Of a DNA stretch of 64,000 bases, positions 48,101-59,898 are shown in pieces. The first letter of the stretch is position 1. Each line of letters starts with the position of its first letter. Under the pieces are notes generated by a model. The model saw nothing but the letters and a program-made list of their open reading frames with translations. It was not told the DNA's origin and did not search any database. Source of the DNA: Oikopleura dioica (Eukaryota > Animalia > Chordata); contig OU015568.1 of the NCBI GenBank assembly GCA_907165135.1, positions 8,680,001 to 8,744,000 of the forward strand, in the 5' to 3' direction. Position numbers and translations under genes: made by a program.

Positions 48101-51100
48101 GGGTTACCGGTGATTTTTGCGTTGATATCGAGCTTCATGTTGTTCTCAATTTCCTTGAATCCGAGAACTTCGATTCCAGGGAAAATAATGTCGTCCTTGC
48201 AGGTAACGGGACCGACGACGTTGGATGGTCTTGACTCACCGTAATCATTGATAGCAATTACTCGGAAGGAAGGAGTCGAGCCTGGCTTAAGGCCCTTGAC
48301 TGTGTACTCGGTATCGGTAATGATGACCTTGTTGCAGGCTTCCCAGACTTCAAGATCTCGTTTAGTGAGTCGTCGCTGCTTGAGAGCTCGTCGCTCAGGA
48401 GATTGAGTACCATCGTTGTTTCGAGGCTTGGTCGCGAGATAATCTTCGTATGTAATTCGGTGCTCAGAGGCGACCATTGGTGGATGCTGACCGTCGAATT
48501 CCATCATTGGAAGAGAAGCAGGGGCAGATTTACCCTTGGCGTTGACAGCGATGATACCGAAAGTCCATTCGCCTTGGGCGATGCCGGTGACCTTGTATCG
48601 AGTATCGTGGACAACATCGAACTCTTCCCACTGAGTAGAACCGCCCTTCATACCAACAACAATGTAGCTGCTGATAATGCCAGCTTTCTTTGGCTGAACC
48701 CAACCGAGGGTGATATTGTCGATACCAGAGTCCATTACAGAGACTGGTCCAGGTGGGCTAGAAACATCAGTTGGTCCAGCTTCACCATCAGCGGGCTTGA
48801 CTTCAGCGGCAGCCTTGACAGCAGCTTCCAATTTTTCACCGAGAGCATCGTGAGCTTCGTCTTGGAAGAACTCATCGGCAGAGATTCGTTTCTTGAGCAT
48901 TTCGACCTGATAAGTGGTGATTGGAAGATTACCAGTGAATTCTGGAGCCTTCCAGGTGAGAGAACAGGTCTTTGAAGTGATCTTGTTGATCTTGAGGTGA
49001 AGTGGTGGCTCAGAAAGACCAACTGGATCTCGTGCGATGACTGGGTCAGTAGTATAGACGAATTCACCCTGGCCGACCTGGTTAACAGCAGAAACTCGGA
49101 AGAAGTAAGACTCATTCTCGAGAACGTCATTGCACTGGTAGGTGAGACCGCCAATAACGGATTCGACTCGAGTCCATCCTCGCATATCTTCTCGTCGCTT
49201 ATCAACAACATAGTGAGAGATTCGAGCACCACCGTCGAGTGCTGGTGGCTCGTACTGAAGTTTGACCGACTTCTTTGTGACACCGACGACCTGAAGCTTC
49301 TGTGGGTTGCCGGGAGTATCGAGAACGATAACTCGGCAAGCGCACTGGCGAACACCACCAGCATTCTTAGCAATCAATGTGTATTTGCCAGAGTGCTTTC
49401 GGTTAGCAGCTGGGATAATGAGAGTGGAAGTTGAATCAGTAGACTCAATCTTTGCATCTTCGCTAATTGGCTGGCTCTCTTCGAATTGCCACTTCTGAGT
49501 AGCAGTTGGTCGAGCGTCGATGGTAGCTTTCACTCGGAGAGTGGATCCAGAATGAATAACCAAAGCGTCTCGGAGACCAGCATCAATGCTGATAAGTGGA
49601 GCTTCGATAAGTTCTCGGCATTCAATTGGAGGAGTGGAGAACGAGAATGATGATTCACCAGCCTTATTCACAGCCTTCACTCGGAACTGGTACTTGAAAC
49701 CCTTTCGGAGATTGTCCTTGGTGAACATAGTCTGCTTGATGAAATCATCATTATCGTAGTTCTTCTGAGCAACCTTGGCGCGGACTCTCTGGGAAGTCTC
49801 ACCGCCACCAAGGCCAAGAGATTCCTTGAGTTTCATCTTCTTGAATGCATCGGCAGCAGTTTCTTTCTGTTCATCAGTAAGATCGCCTTCGATGTTATTT
49901 TCGGCAGCCCAGGCTTTAATAAATTTGCCTTCTTCCTCAGCCGCAGCTTTTTCTTCAGCAGCTTTAGCTGCTTCAGCGGCCTTGGCCTTTTCCTCCTCGG
50001 CCTTGGCCGCCTTAGCAGCTCGATCTTCCTCAGATTGGTATGAGACAACTTGCCAGGCGCAGGTAATCTCGTCCATCATTTCCATGATGTAACCAATGAG
50101 CGGAGTTCCACCAAGCTTGCTTGGTTGAGACCAAGAGAGAGAAATAGAATTGTCAGTAGTGTCGTCAACCTCTGGTTTGCCGGGAGTAGATGGAGGGAAG
50201 ATGGGATCAGAGGCGAGGGCGTATTCAGAAACACCACTGACTGCACCAGTTCCAGCCGCATTGACAGCAGATACTCGGAATCGGTACTCAATGCCTTCGA
50301 TGACATCAGTGTATCGGAATTCGCATTTTTGCATTGGTGGCTTGGTGATCGGAGCTCGCTGAACTTTTCGCCATCGGATGTTGTCAGTGTCCTGGACTTC
50401 GAGCCAGTAACCTTCGATGTGCGCGCCACCGTCGTTCTTTGGTGGATTCCAGGTCACGATGATGAAATCCTTTCGATTCTCTTCGATAGTGGGGGTGCTT
50501 GGAGCATCGGGAACAACGTAAGGGTTCTTAGCGACGACTGGACCGAGTTCAGCCCATTCGCCAACACCGAATCGAGACTCAGCTGCAACTCGGAAGTGGT
50601 ATTCAACTCCTTCTTGAAGCTTGGTTACTCGGTATTTGGTTTCGACAACAGTCTGAGAGCAGCTGATCCATTCGAGTTTGCGACCTTCTCGTCTTTCAAC
50701 AACGTAGTTCATAATGGAATCACCACCATCATCAGAACCATCATCCTCTGGTGGTCGCCAATCAAGCTGAGCACTGTCCGCAGTGACATCATCAATGGTA
50801 AAATTGAGTGGAGGAGAAGCGACGCTGTTGACATCGAGCTGGACTCGGCAGAACTTGCTACCGTGAATATTGACAGCTCGGCAGATGTAGAAACCGACAT
50901 CGTCTCGAGTACATTTTCGAATGACGAGGTTGTTGTTGTCGCCGATAACGTGGAGCTCATGATGTTCTGGTTCCTGGCCCTCAGGAAGATCTTTGGGAGT
51001 CTCAGTAATGAGCCGAGGTCCATCAAGAGACTCGAAAGTCCAGGTAACGTGAGCTGGTGGCACAGCGTGGACGTAAGCCGGAACAGAGACAAGATCGCCC

Positions 51101-54100
51101 TTGTAAGCGGTGATTACGTTGCGAACACCGACATCAATGTTGATAATTGGCTCACAATCGTCTTCCTTGGAGGTGAGAATCTGAGTCATAGCAGGTTCAG
51201 ACTCGCCAACATCATTGACAGCTTTGACACGGAACTGATACTTTTCCATAAAGACCAACTTTTCGACCTTATATTCGATAGCATCGGTAATGATCTTGGG
51301 TGGCTGGATGAGCAAATTATTGCATGGTTTCCAGAGTTTCTCCTCCGCCTCAGCTTCGGCAGCAAGTCGCTCCTTTTCAAGGCGCTTTTGCTCTTTGACG
51401 TAGGCTTTTCGATCTTCAGGAGACATGGACTCAAGGTCGACTTCTGGCTCGGGAGTGTCGGGCTTGACTTCTTCGACTTCTTCAGCTGGAGCTTCTTCGC
51501 CTTCAGTTGCCTCCTCGCCTTCTTTAGGCTCTGGTTTCTTTGGCTTCTCTTTCTTGGGATAGTGTCGCATGTCAACAATGTATCCCTTGATTTTGGAACC
51601 GCCATTATTTCGTGGAGTGACCCACTGGAGAACGAGGTTGTCGTCGAGCTTGTTGATGACCTTGACGTGCTCAGGTCGTCCTGGAGGATGAAGGGGATCT
51701 TGGCAAACAACTGGTGTTGTCTCAGCCCATTTTGAGCGGCCTTGAGCATTGACAGCGCAAACTCGGAAGGCGTAAGTCTGAGTTTCAAGCACAGTGTTGA
51801 CTTCCATGCTGAGTTTCTCAGTCTTGCCACATGGAAGCCAAGCATGCATCGACATGTCACGTCGCTCTACAACGTACTCAGTGACGAGAGAACCGCCATT
51901 ATCCTGAGGCTTGTTCCAAGCGACCTGGATGAAGTCTTTCGTGACAGTAGCGGGTCGGGCGTGCTCTGGTGGAGATGGAACGTCCAAGATGTTCAAGTTT
52001 GTGGTAACGTTCTTGCTGCCGACGCAGTTTCGCGCGGTAATCTTGTAGTTACCGTGATGAGATCGCTGAGGGCGTCGGATGTACATTTCGAGTCGACCGG
52101 TAACCTGATCAGTAGAGATTTCGATCTCAGGGGCGTTTTCGCTATCAAGAATCTTATCACCATGCTTGATAATGATTTCTGGGAAGGGTCGTCCGGTAAC
52201 GGATGCCTTGAGCCAAAATCGGTTGTTAGCCATGTGTCGTACAGATTCACGCTCGAATTCTTCGTCAAGTTTGATAAGAGGAATCTCAAATCGATCCTTG
52301 GCGATGACCTCTTTGATGAGAGCGGGCTCGGATTCACCAGCCTTGTTGACGGTCTTCACTCGGAAAGTTACCTGAGCATGCTCTTTCAAATCAGTGGCAT
52401 TGAATTGGCACTCTTTGATCGGCTCGGTAGTAAGAGCAGACCATTCGTTTTCTTCCAGAAGCTGCTCGACAGTATATCGAAGGTTTTCCTTGCCGACGGC
52501 ACCGTCATTTTCAGGAGCGTTCCATTCAAGTTGAACAGAGTTTTTGGTAGAATCAGAAACTCGAACAACGGGCTTGCCAGGAGCGTAAGTTGGATCTTCG
52601 ATAGCAGTTGGTGCAGTTGGGTTAGAGGGCTTTGATGAGCCAGCTTCGTTGAAAGCAATGACTCGGAACTGATAAGTTCTGCCGGCGAACAAGTTCTCGT
52701 TGATGAAGTAAGAGGTGTCTTCGATCTTCTTTCGGACAACCTTGATGAACTTCTCTCCTTGGTCCGACTTTTTCTCGAGGTAGTAGCCGAGAATTGGACT
52801 TCCACCGTTAGCGGGTTCAGTCCAATTGACTCGACATTGTCCGACGAGAATGTCAGTAAGGACAGGGACATCAGGCTGTGCTGGAGGATCAAAGGGCAGC
52901 GATGGCTTGTAAATTCGAGACCAGAGCCATGGTGAGTGTCCGAGCTTGTTTTCAGCGGCGATTCGGAACTGGTAGGTCTTGTCGTCGCGAAGATTGGTAG
53001 CGCGGTACATGGTTGTAGTGATGTTAGTTGCAACAACAGTCCAGCCAAGAGCTTGTCGCTCGAGTTCTTTTCGCTGAAGAGTGTAGCCCGAGATCATAGC
53101 TCCACCATCATCCTCAGGCTCGTTCCACTCAAGAGTGATGGCGTTGTTCCATGGGTCAGAGTAAGTCCATGGTTCCTGAGGAACACCGGGAACGTCCAAA
53201 ACATTCATGTTGACGATAACATAGTTTCGTCCTTGGTTATTCTCGGCAATGATCAAATATCGACCTCGGTTCTTTCGAGTGCAGTTCTTGACAATGAGCT
53301 CGGAATGACCATTCTTCGAATCTTTTTTGGTCTGAGAGACGGTGACTTTGTCGGAAGATTCGAGAAGCTTTGGCTGCGATTCGCTGAAGAGTCGCTGGAG
53401 AAAGATTTCATTCTGTTCCGCAACAGTAAGGGCTCGGTTAGGATCCTTAGCTCGTGCTTCGGCTTCAGCGGCTTCTCGGTCAAGATCAGCTTGAGATTTT
53501 CCATCTTCATCTCGGAAAGTGATGACGGCATCGGTGAAAGAGTTAACACCCTTGTAGCAACCGAATCGACCTGCATCAGTAAGTCGAGCGCCAGTAATGG
53601 TCAAAGTTCGCCTGAGACCTTCAGCGGAAGCGATGTATTTCTCGCCCAAGTTAAGCTCTTTGTTATCTCGCTTCCAGACAACAGCGGCGTCCTCATCCTT
53701 GACTTCGACGGTAAGCTCAACCTTTTCTTCGGTAATAGGGAAGTCCTTGGCTTCCAAGAAAGTGGAGAAAGCAGCACCCTTTTGTCGCTGTGGTGGAAGT
53801 TCTTCTTTTTGCCCCTTCTGGACGATCTTGTTAGCGCCACCGGCTTCGTCACCTTCGTAACCTTCATCAAGGTTGTCGATTGTAGGGGCGCTAACGTGAG
53901 TCAAGAGCTCTGGTGGAATATCTTCAGGCTGGACAATACCCAAAATGGCAGAGAAGATGTCAAGAGCTCGCTGCTCGGAAGCTTGAAGACTCTGTCCCTC
54001 CTCATCGATATGATACCACGACACTTTGGCGTAAGGGTTACCAAAGACGTTGCATTCGATTTTCAAATCCCGACCAGCTCGAGCTTCGAAAGTTTCCTGA

Positions 54101-56655
54101 GCTTCTTTAGACTTGATAACTTCGATTTGTGGAAGAGCAAGTGGATCAGAGGCTCGAATAGCAGTTGGCCAGTAAGCCCATTTGGAGTGGAACTCGCGGT
54201 TGATCGAGGCGATTCGGAACTCGTAGTCCTTGCCTTCGATGAGTTCTCGGCACTGGTATTTCGTACCGTCCAGTTGGCCGCAGAGAAGGTTCCAGACTTC
54301 AGTGTCTTTCTCGGCGAATTCGAGGCAATATCCAATGATAGCTGCTCCGCCATCTCGGTCAGGTCGGCTCCATCGGAGAGTGACCGACGATGACGTAACA
54401 TCCTTGGAAATCAGATCCTGTGGTGGCTCTGGTGGATCGACGGGGTCAATAGCCTTGGTATTTTCGCCAGAGATGAGTGGCTCACCGGCACCGACCTTGT
54501 TGTGCGCGACAATTTTAAAGGTGTAAACTGTGTCAGTGATAAGCTCCTCGACTTTCCACTCGCACTTAGTAACCTCGGGATTGACAAGTCCCCAAGTTCG
54601 GCGTCCCTCTTCTTGCTTGAAGATGGAGTAATATTCGATTGGGCATCCACCGTCGTCCTGTGGTGGAGTCCAGGTGAGTTTGCAAGTAGATTTGGTGACT
54701 TCGCCGATCTGAAGGTTCTGTGGAGCACCAGGTCGGTCCTGAACAATGACACGGCAAGTGGCATAAATCGTATCGATCTTATTCTCAATAGCAGCGCAGT
54801 ATCGACCCTGATGTTCTCGTCGAACAGCAGCCACAAAGATAGACGATTCGGCAGATGAAGATTGAAGTCGGATTCCGAGCTCTTTCTTGAAATCGCGTTC
54901 ATCCTTCTGCCAGGTAAGTGTGGGCATTGGAGATCCACCGAATGGAACTCGGATGCGCAACTTTTGTCCAGCAATGAGAGTGACATTCTCGGCCGAGATT
55001 TTGTGCCATGGGCTGTTGTCGGGGTCCTTTGGCTCAACTTCAGCGGAGGCATCCGATGGCTGAGACATACCGGCGCAGTTATAGGCGACAACACGGAATT
55101 TGTATTCTCGGCCAGATCGGAGGTTGGTGACGTTACCCTCAGTTTCGTCGCCCTTGGTGGCGGCGCATCGAGCCCATTCTTCAGTACCATCGGCCATGAC
55201 CATGTTTCGCTCAATGTAGTAGCCGAGAATGTCAGATCCACCATTGTCAGCGGGCGCTTTCCACTTAAGAGAGACAAAGGAAGCGGCAATCTGGACAAAC
55301 TGGACATCAAATGGTGGGGATGGAGGAGAAAGTGGATCCTGGATCATAACATATTCAGTAGGCTGGGAGACTTCACCGATACCAGCTTCGTTCTTGGCGT
55401 AGATTCGGAATCGGCACTCGGCCTTTTCAGTGACATCGTTGACAATAGCTTGCTTAGAATCGCCAGGGACGGTTGAAACGAGTTTCCACTTGGGAGTACC
55501 CTTGTCCTGGCGCTCAATGCAGTACTCAGTGATTTCAGTACCACCGTTGAAGATTGGTTCTCTCCACTTGAGCTCGACAGCTTCAGCGGTGATATCCATG
55601 ATTCGAAGAGATCGAGGAACTCCAGGAGGATCAAACATGCACTTGGCGGTGATAGGGTCGAGATTTTCATGCCAGTCAGAGATACCGGCAATATTGTAGC
55701 AGTGGACGCGGAAAACGTAGTCCATGCCTTCAGTCAAATCTGGAACATGGAGGTTGGTTTCGTTGACATCAACAGCGATTTCCTTCCACTGCTTGGATCG
55801 GCCAGCGCGCATTTGCACTGCATAGCCGAGGATTGGAGCGCCACCATCATTCTCAGGGACGTCCCACTCGAGCGAGATAGAGCTTGGAGTGGTGCCGACA
55901 TTCTTGAGAGCTCGTGGTGGCGAGGGTCGTTTCTGGTCGGGTCGGGGCTGACAGATTTCGGAAGCCTTTGATGGCTGAGATCGACCGGCATTGTTCACCG
56001 CAACAACTCGGAATTGGTATTCCTTCTTCATTGTGACAAGATCGCGGACGGTGAACTCGTTGGCCTTGACCTGAAGCTCCCAAGGAGAGAAGTCATCTCC
56101 CCAGGTGGAACCTTCAGTGATGGTAGACTCGGCGTCATCTTCGAGGGCAGAAATAGCAGTAGCGATCGATTCAGAGTAAAGGGTTTGCACGTCATCGTTA
56201 TCAGCTGCGAGGTCGGCTTCCTCAACTGCTTCGCCTATTTTTAAAATTCAAGATAAGAAAAAAGGACAAAAGAAAACTGATTACCTTCAATGTTTTCTTC
56301 TTCTTCTTCTTGCTGCGCTTCTTCAGCAACCTGTTCGACGGGGTTTTCAGCGGATTCCGGAGCTTCAGCTTCAGCTTCTACGGTTTCCTCTTCATCTCCT
56401 TCCTAATGAGGGTTTTAGAAACTAGATTTATAGAGATGTTTTTACCTGTTGGTTGGAGTTATTGTTAGAATTAGCAGACTGCGCGCTCATCTCGTACCCA
56501 AAAGAGATGTGTGCTGCAGCAGTAGCTGCTGATTCTGGGACGGCATCACGGGTGGCGAGTCCGGAGCCATCGAAAGTGGATTCAGCTTCGACAAGCGCAA
56601 CTTGCTGCTCGTCAGAAGCGTGACATTGTCCCTCCTTGGATGGGGAAAAATGCAT
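30102..56655 (-). CDS. TTN: Titin A-band fragment (about 8,820 aa): end of I/A Fn3 run, D-zone x6, C-zone x3 plus partial
   Basis: ORFs 46927-56190, 41873-47044 and 30102-42203 join after 1-nt homopolymer corrections near 47062 and 42173. Alternating I-set Ig and Fn3 domains in the vertebrate titin super-repeat pattern. Small upstream exons 56446-56693 (ATG 56655) and 56285-56402 splice in frame to a giant exon 56234-30108. Confidence 0.88.
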
Positions 56656-57044
56656 TTGGGTTTGGTCACTTGGCAGTGTCGATATCGTATTGTCTGAAAA
56701 ATGAAATTATAATGATTTCTGTAAGAACTCAATAATAATGATTCATTTTAAACGTGTACAGGGACATAATGTCTATTTATAGTTTTGATTAACATTTTCA
56801 AAGTACAACTAAAAAGCTATCGACATCTCAGTGAGAATTTTCGCTCAAATCTTCTTAGATCTCTCGTCTGCAACTCAAAAAAGTACAAAACTGGAGCGCC
56901 TGGGCATATTATTTTTAAAAATCTCGCATAGATGTGTGCAGATAGACGAGCTAAGACGCGGGTAGCAAGTTAACACTTAGCACCTAAGCCTGTACCAGAA
57001 ATTTCTATTTCTGCACATCGCTTACGCAAGGGACGCTTACTCAC

Positions 57045-57300
57045 CTGAGAGTAATTCTTGAGCCGGTAGGGAGCTAATCCTTCTCTTAGCTGCAGTAGCT
57101 CCTTCTTCAAATCTGTGAATATCTCTTAGGCAGGGTTACGTTGAGTTGGGGTTGAATGAAAGTATGAGCTTCTGGCACCTTCGCTGCGTCGTAAAACAAC
57201 CAAGTCAGCTGATCGCCGACCGACCCAAGTCAAGTGCATGTCGGAAATGCGCACAGCTGACAATGCATATCAGCTTAGGAAATCAAAGAATTGATAGTCA
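57045..57300 (-). promoter_or_regulatory. Candidate titin-fragment first exon and muscle-type promoter
   Basis: Strong donor CAG|GTGAGT at 57045/57044. The upstream in-frame reading is closed by TAA near 57138 with no ATG. CAGCTG E-boxes at 57206-57211 and 57254-57259, CAAGTG at 57231-57236. The neighbouring gene's AATAAA (minus strand) is at about 57331-57336. Confidence 0.45.
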
Positions 57301-57372
57301 TCGGATTAGAATGTTTTCTTGTTTATATGGTTTATTAGAAAATGAAAAGAAAAGTGTATAATACTTGGTTTA

Positions 57373-58353
57373 TCAATTTCCTCCACCGCCGTTGCTTGAT
57401 GGTTTCGGATTCGCAATTCGGTAAATTTCATGAGCTCTCATCGCAGTTTTCATCAATAGACCTATTAGAAAAAACAAATTGGTTAGGAACTTGCTAAAGA
57501 AATGAAGCTTACAAAGCTTGATTTGAATCGGGAGATGAGGTGGAAAATTCACGGTAGCGAAGTAATTGCGGTCTTTCACCATGTTAGTCTTGAAGAATAA
57601 GATTTTGGTCTCTTCAGTGATACGTTCCACTTGACTGTCTAGAGTTGCAATAACATTTCCTTCTTGGCTGAGCGGGAAAAAACGTTAATATCTTAAACAG
57701 AATTATGAATACCCGAATATAATTTGCTCTTCTCCGTGTCGATTTGAGAATGAGGGCTGTGGCATGTTGAAGTCAAAGACTGGATTTGAGTAAGAGTCAA
57801 TCAGTTCTCCTGTAGGTGTTTTGCAACAGCCGTAATTTGTTCTGAGCTTTTATTTATAATTAATCTACAGAATTTCACAAAAACCTTAAACTTCCAAGTT
57901 GCTCTTGTCCGGCGAAAATACCTTCTTCTTGCATCGTCTTTAAACAAAATATTATCGACGGTAAATAATAGCAGAAGTGTGTTTTTGAAAACCAACCGGG
58001 CATTGGCAGAACAGAACAGAACAGATGCGAGTCATCGTGTGACACTTGTTCTGTTTGACAATTGTAGTCGACAAAACTTCTCCAAGGCTATGATGGTGCG
58101 CTGAAAACTGCACATCGCATTCGCAACAGCTAAGGCACTTGTTCTGGTATCTCACAGTAAGAAGCTGTTGTCGCTGGCTGTTGTAGACGATTACGCTTCC
58201 CATTTCATGGTTGTAATAAGGTTCGCAATCTTTTTGATGGACTGCTGTAAATTGAGTCTCTAAAATATCAAGATAGTTTCGGTTGTTTTTTGTCATTTTA
58301 TTCCTTGGAAGATAGCTCGTACCTGTCTCAAGAAATTGAAATTGCGAGCTCAT
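57373..58353 (-). CDS. Cys-rich protein of possible scramblase/Tubby-C-like fold, paralog A
   Basis: ATG at 58353 after TTTTAAG. Short GT-AG introns. Segments VIVYNSQRQQLLTVRYQNKCLSCCEC and ATVNFPPHLPIQIKL...GLLMKTA loosely resemble scramblase C-terminal motifs. The family call is weak. Confidence 0.4.
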
Positions 58354-58790
58354 CTTAAAAAAAACTGCGTAAAATACTAAAAAATATTCAATCTTTGTTA
58401 CTATTCTAGAGAGAAAATTATGAAATCTTTGGGAAATTTCATAAATATCCTGTTTATAAAGGCGCTTTATTGCCAGGGAGATTGGAAAAGTGATTCCGTA
58501 TTTATTCGTTCGATCGCTGTGGAAATTTTCCTTATCGGGTACCAATTTGGTACCTGCACCGCCCGGATCCCAGAAATTGTACTACCCCTTCTATCTGGAA
58601 AGTATCAATTCATATTCGATATGAAATTCTTATTTTCTAATAAGTTATCAGTGATAAGTGATAACGATGCTCCAAGCTTAGGAAATCGAAGAATTGAATC
58701 GATTCAATTGATAGTCATCGGATTCATGCTGGTGATTTAGTTTATTAATAAATGAAAATAATAGTGGATGACAGTTGGTTCTCAAGGTTT

Positions 58791-59728
58791 TCAATTGTCA
58801 TCGGGTTTCGGATTTTCAATTATGTAAATTTCATGAGCCCTCATTGCTGTTTTCATCAATAGACCTGAAGACAGGTAGGTCAATTATTTTTAATTTAACA
58901 AAACTTACAAAGCTTGATTTGAATCGGCAGATGTCGCGGAAAGTTCACAGTAGTAATGTAATTGCGGTCTTTCAGCATCTTAGCCTTGAAGAATAAGATT
59001 TTTTTCTTTTCAGTGATGCGTTCCACTTGACTGTCCAGAGTTGCAATTTCATTCCCTCCTTGGCTAAACGGGAAAAAGCGTTAATATTTTTAACAGAATT
59101 ATAGATAACCTAAAAATAATTTGGTGTTTCTGTCGTTTTGGAAAGTTGAAGTCAAAGACAGGATTTGAATGAGAGTCAATCAATTCTCCAGTAACCGGTT
59201 CGGCCCAGTTGTACTTCGATCTTAACTTTTATTTATAATTTATCTACAGAAATTCACAATAACCTTAAACTTCCAAGATGCTCCTGTCCAGCGAAAATAC
59301 CTTTCTCTCGCATCGTCTTTAAACAAACGAATAATAGACTTTATAGTAAAGAAGAAGTGTGCATTCGAAAACCTACCGGCCAAGGACAGAAAAAACAGCA
59401 TTTATCTTCTTTGACAGTTGTAGTCGTCAAAACTTCTCCTAGACTATGATGCTCAGCTGTAAAATGCTCCTCGCACTCGAAACAGTTAATGTCGTCGTTC
59501 TGGTATCTCACAGTAAGAAGCTGTTGTCTTTGGCTGTTGTAGACAACAACACTCCCCATTCGATGGTTGTAATAAGGATCACAATCTTTTTGATGGACTG
59601 CTGTGAATTGCGTCTCTATAATATCAAGATATTTTCGGTAAAAGTGTTATTGTCAATAAATTATTGGTAGTTTTATTCTTTGGAAGACAACTCGTACCTG
59701 TCATAAGAAATTCAAATTGTGAGCTCAT
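58791..59728 (-). CDS. Cys-rich protein of possible scramblase/Tubby-C-like fold, paralog B
   Basis: Same exon structure and clear similarity to paralog A (MSSQF.FL, MGSVVVYNSQRQQLLTVRYQN, GELIDS.SNPVFDFN, TVNFP.HLPIQIKL). ATG at 59728, stop at 58793-58791. Confidence 0.45.
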
Positions 59729-59898
59729 CTCTACAAGAAAGTGAATCAAATTCTAAAAGATATTCAATCTTTATTACTGTTGTAGCATAAAATAAGTGAT
59801 TTGCGTGGTAAGTTGTCTTTATATTCTTTATTGGTGAACATATGGTACCCTTCAGTATGCTCAAACCCTTGTTTATATACACTAAGGTTGAGAACATG

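Noticed and set aside
30081-56244. Numerous long plus-strand and alternate-frame ORFs over titin (e.g. 33207-34826, 50050-51735, 52936-54393)
   Set aside because: These are shadow ORFs produced by titin's codon bias; they show no recognisable domains or splice structure.
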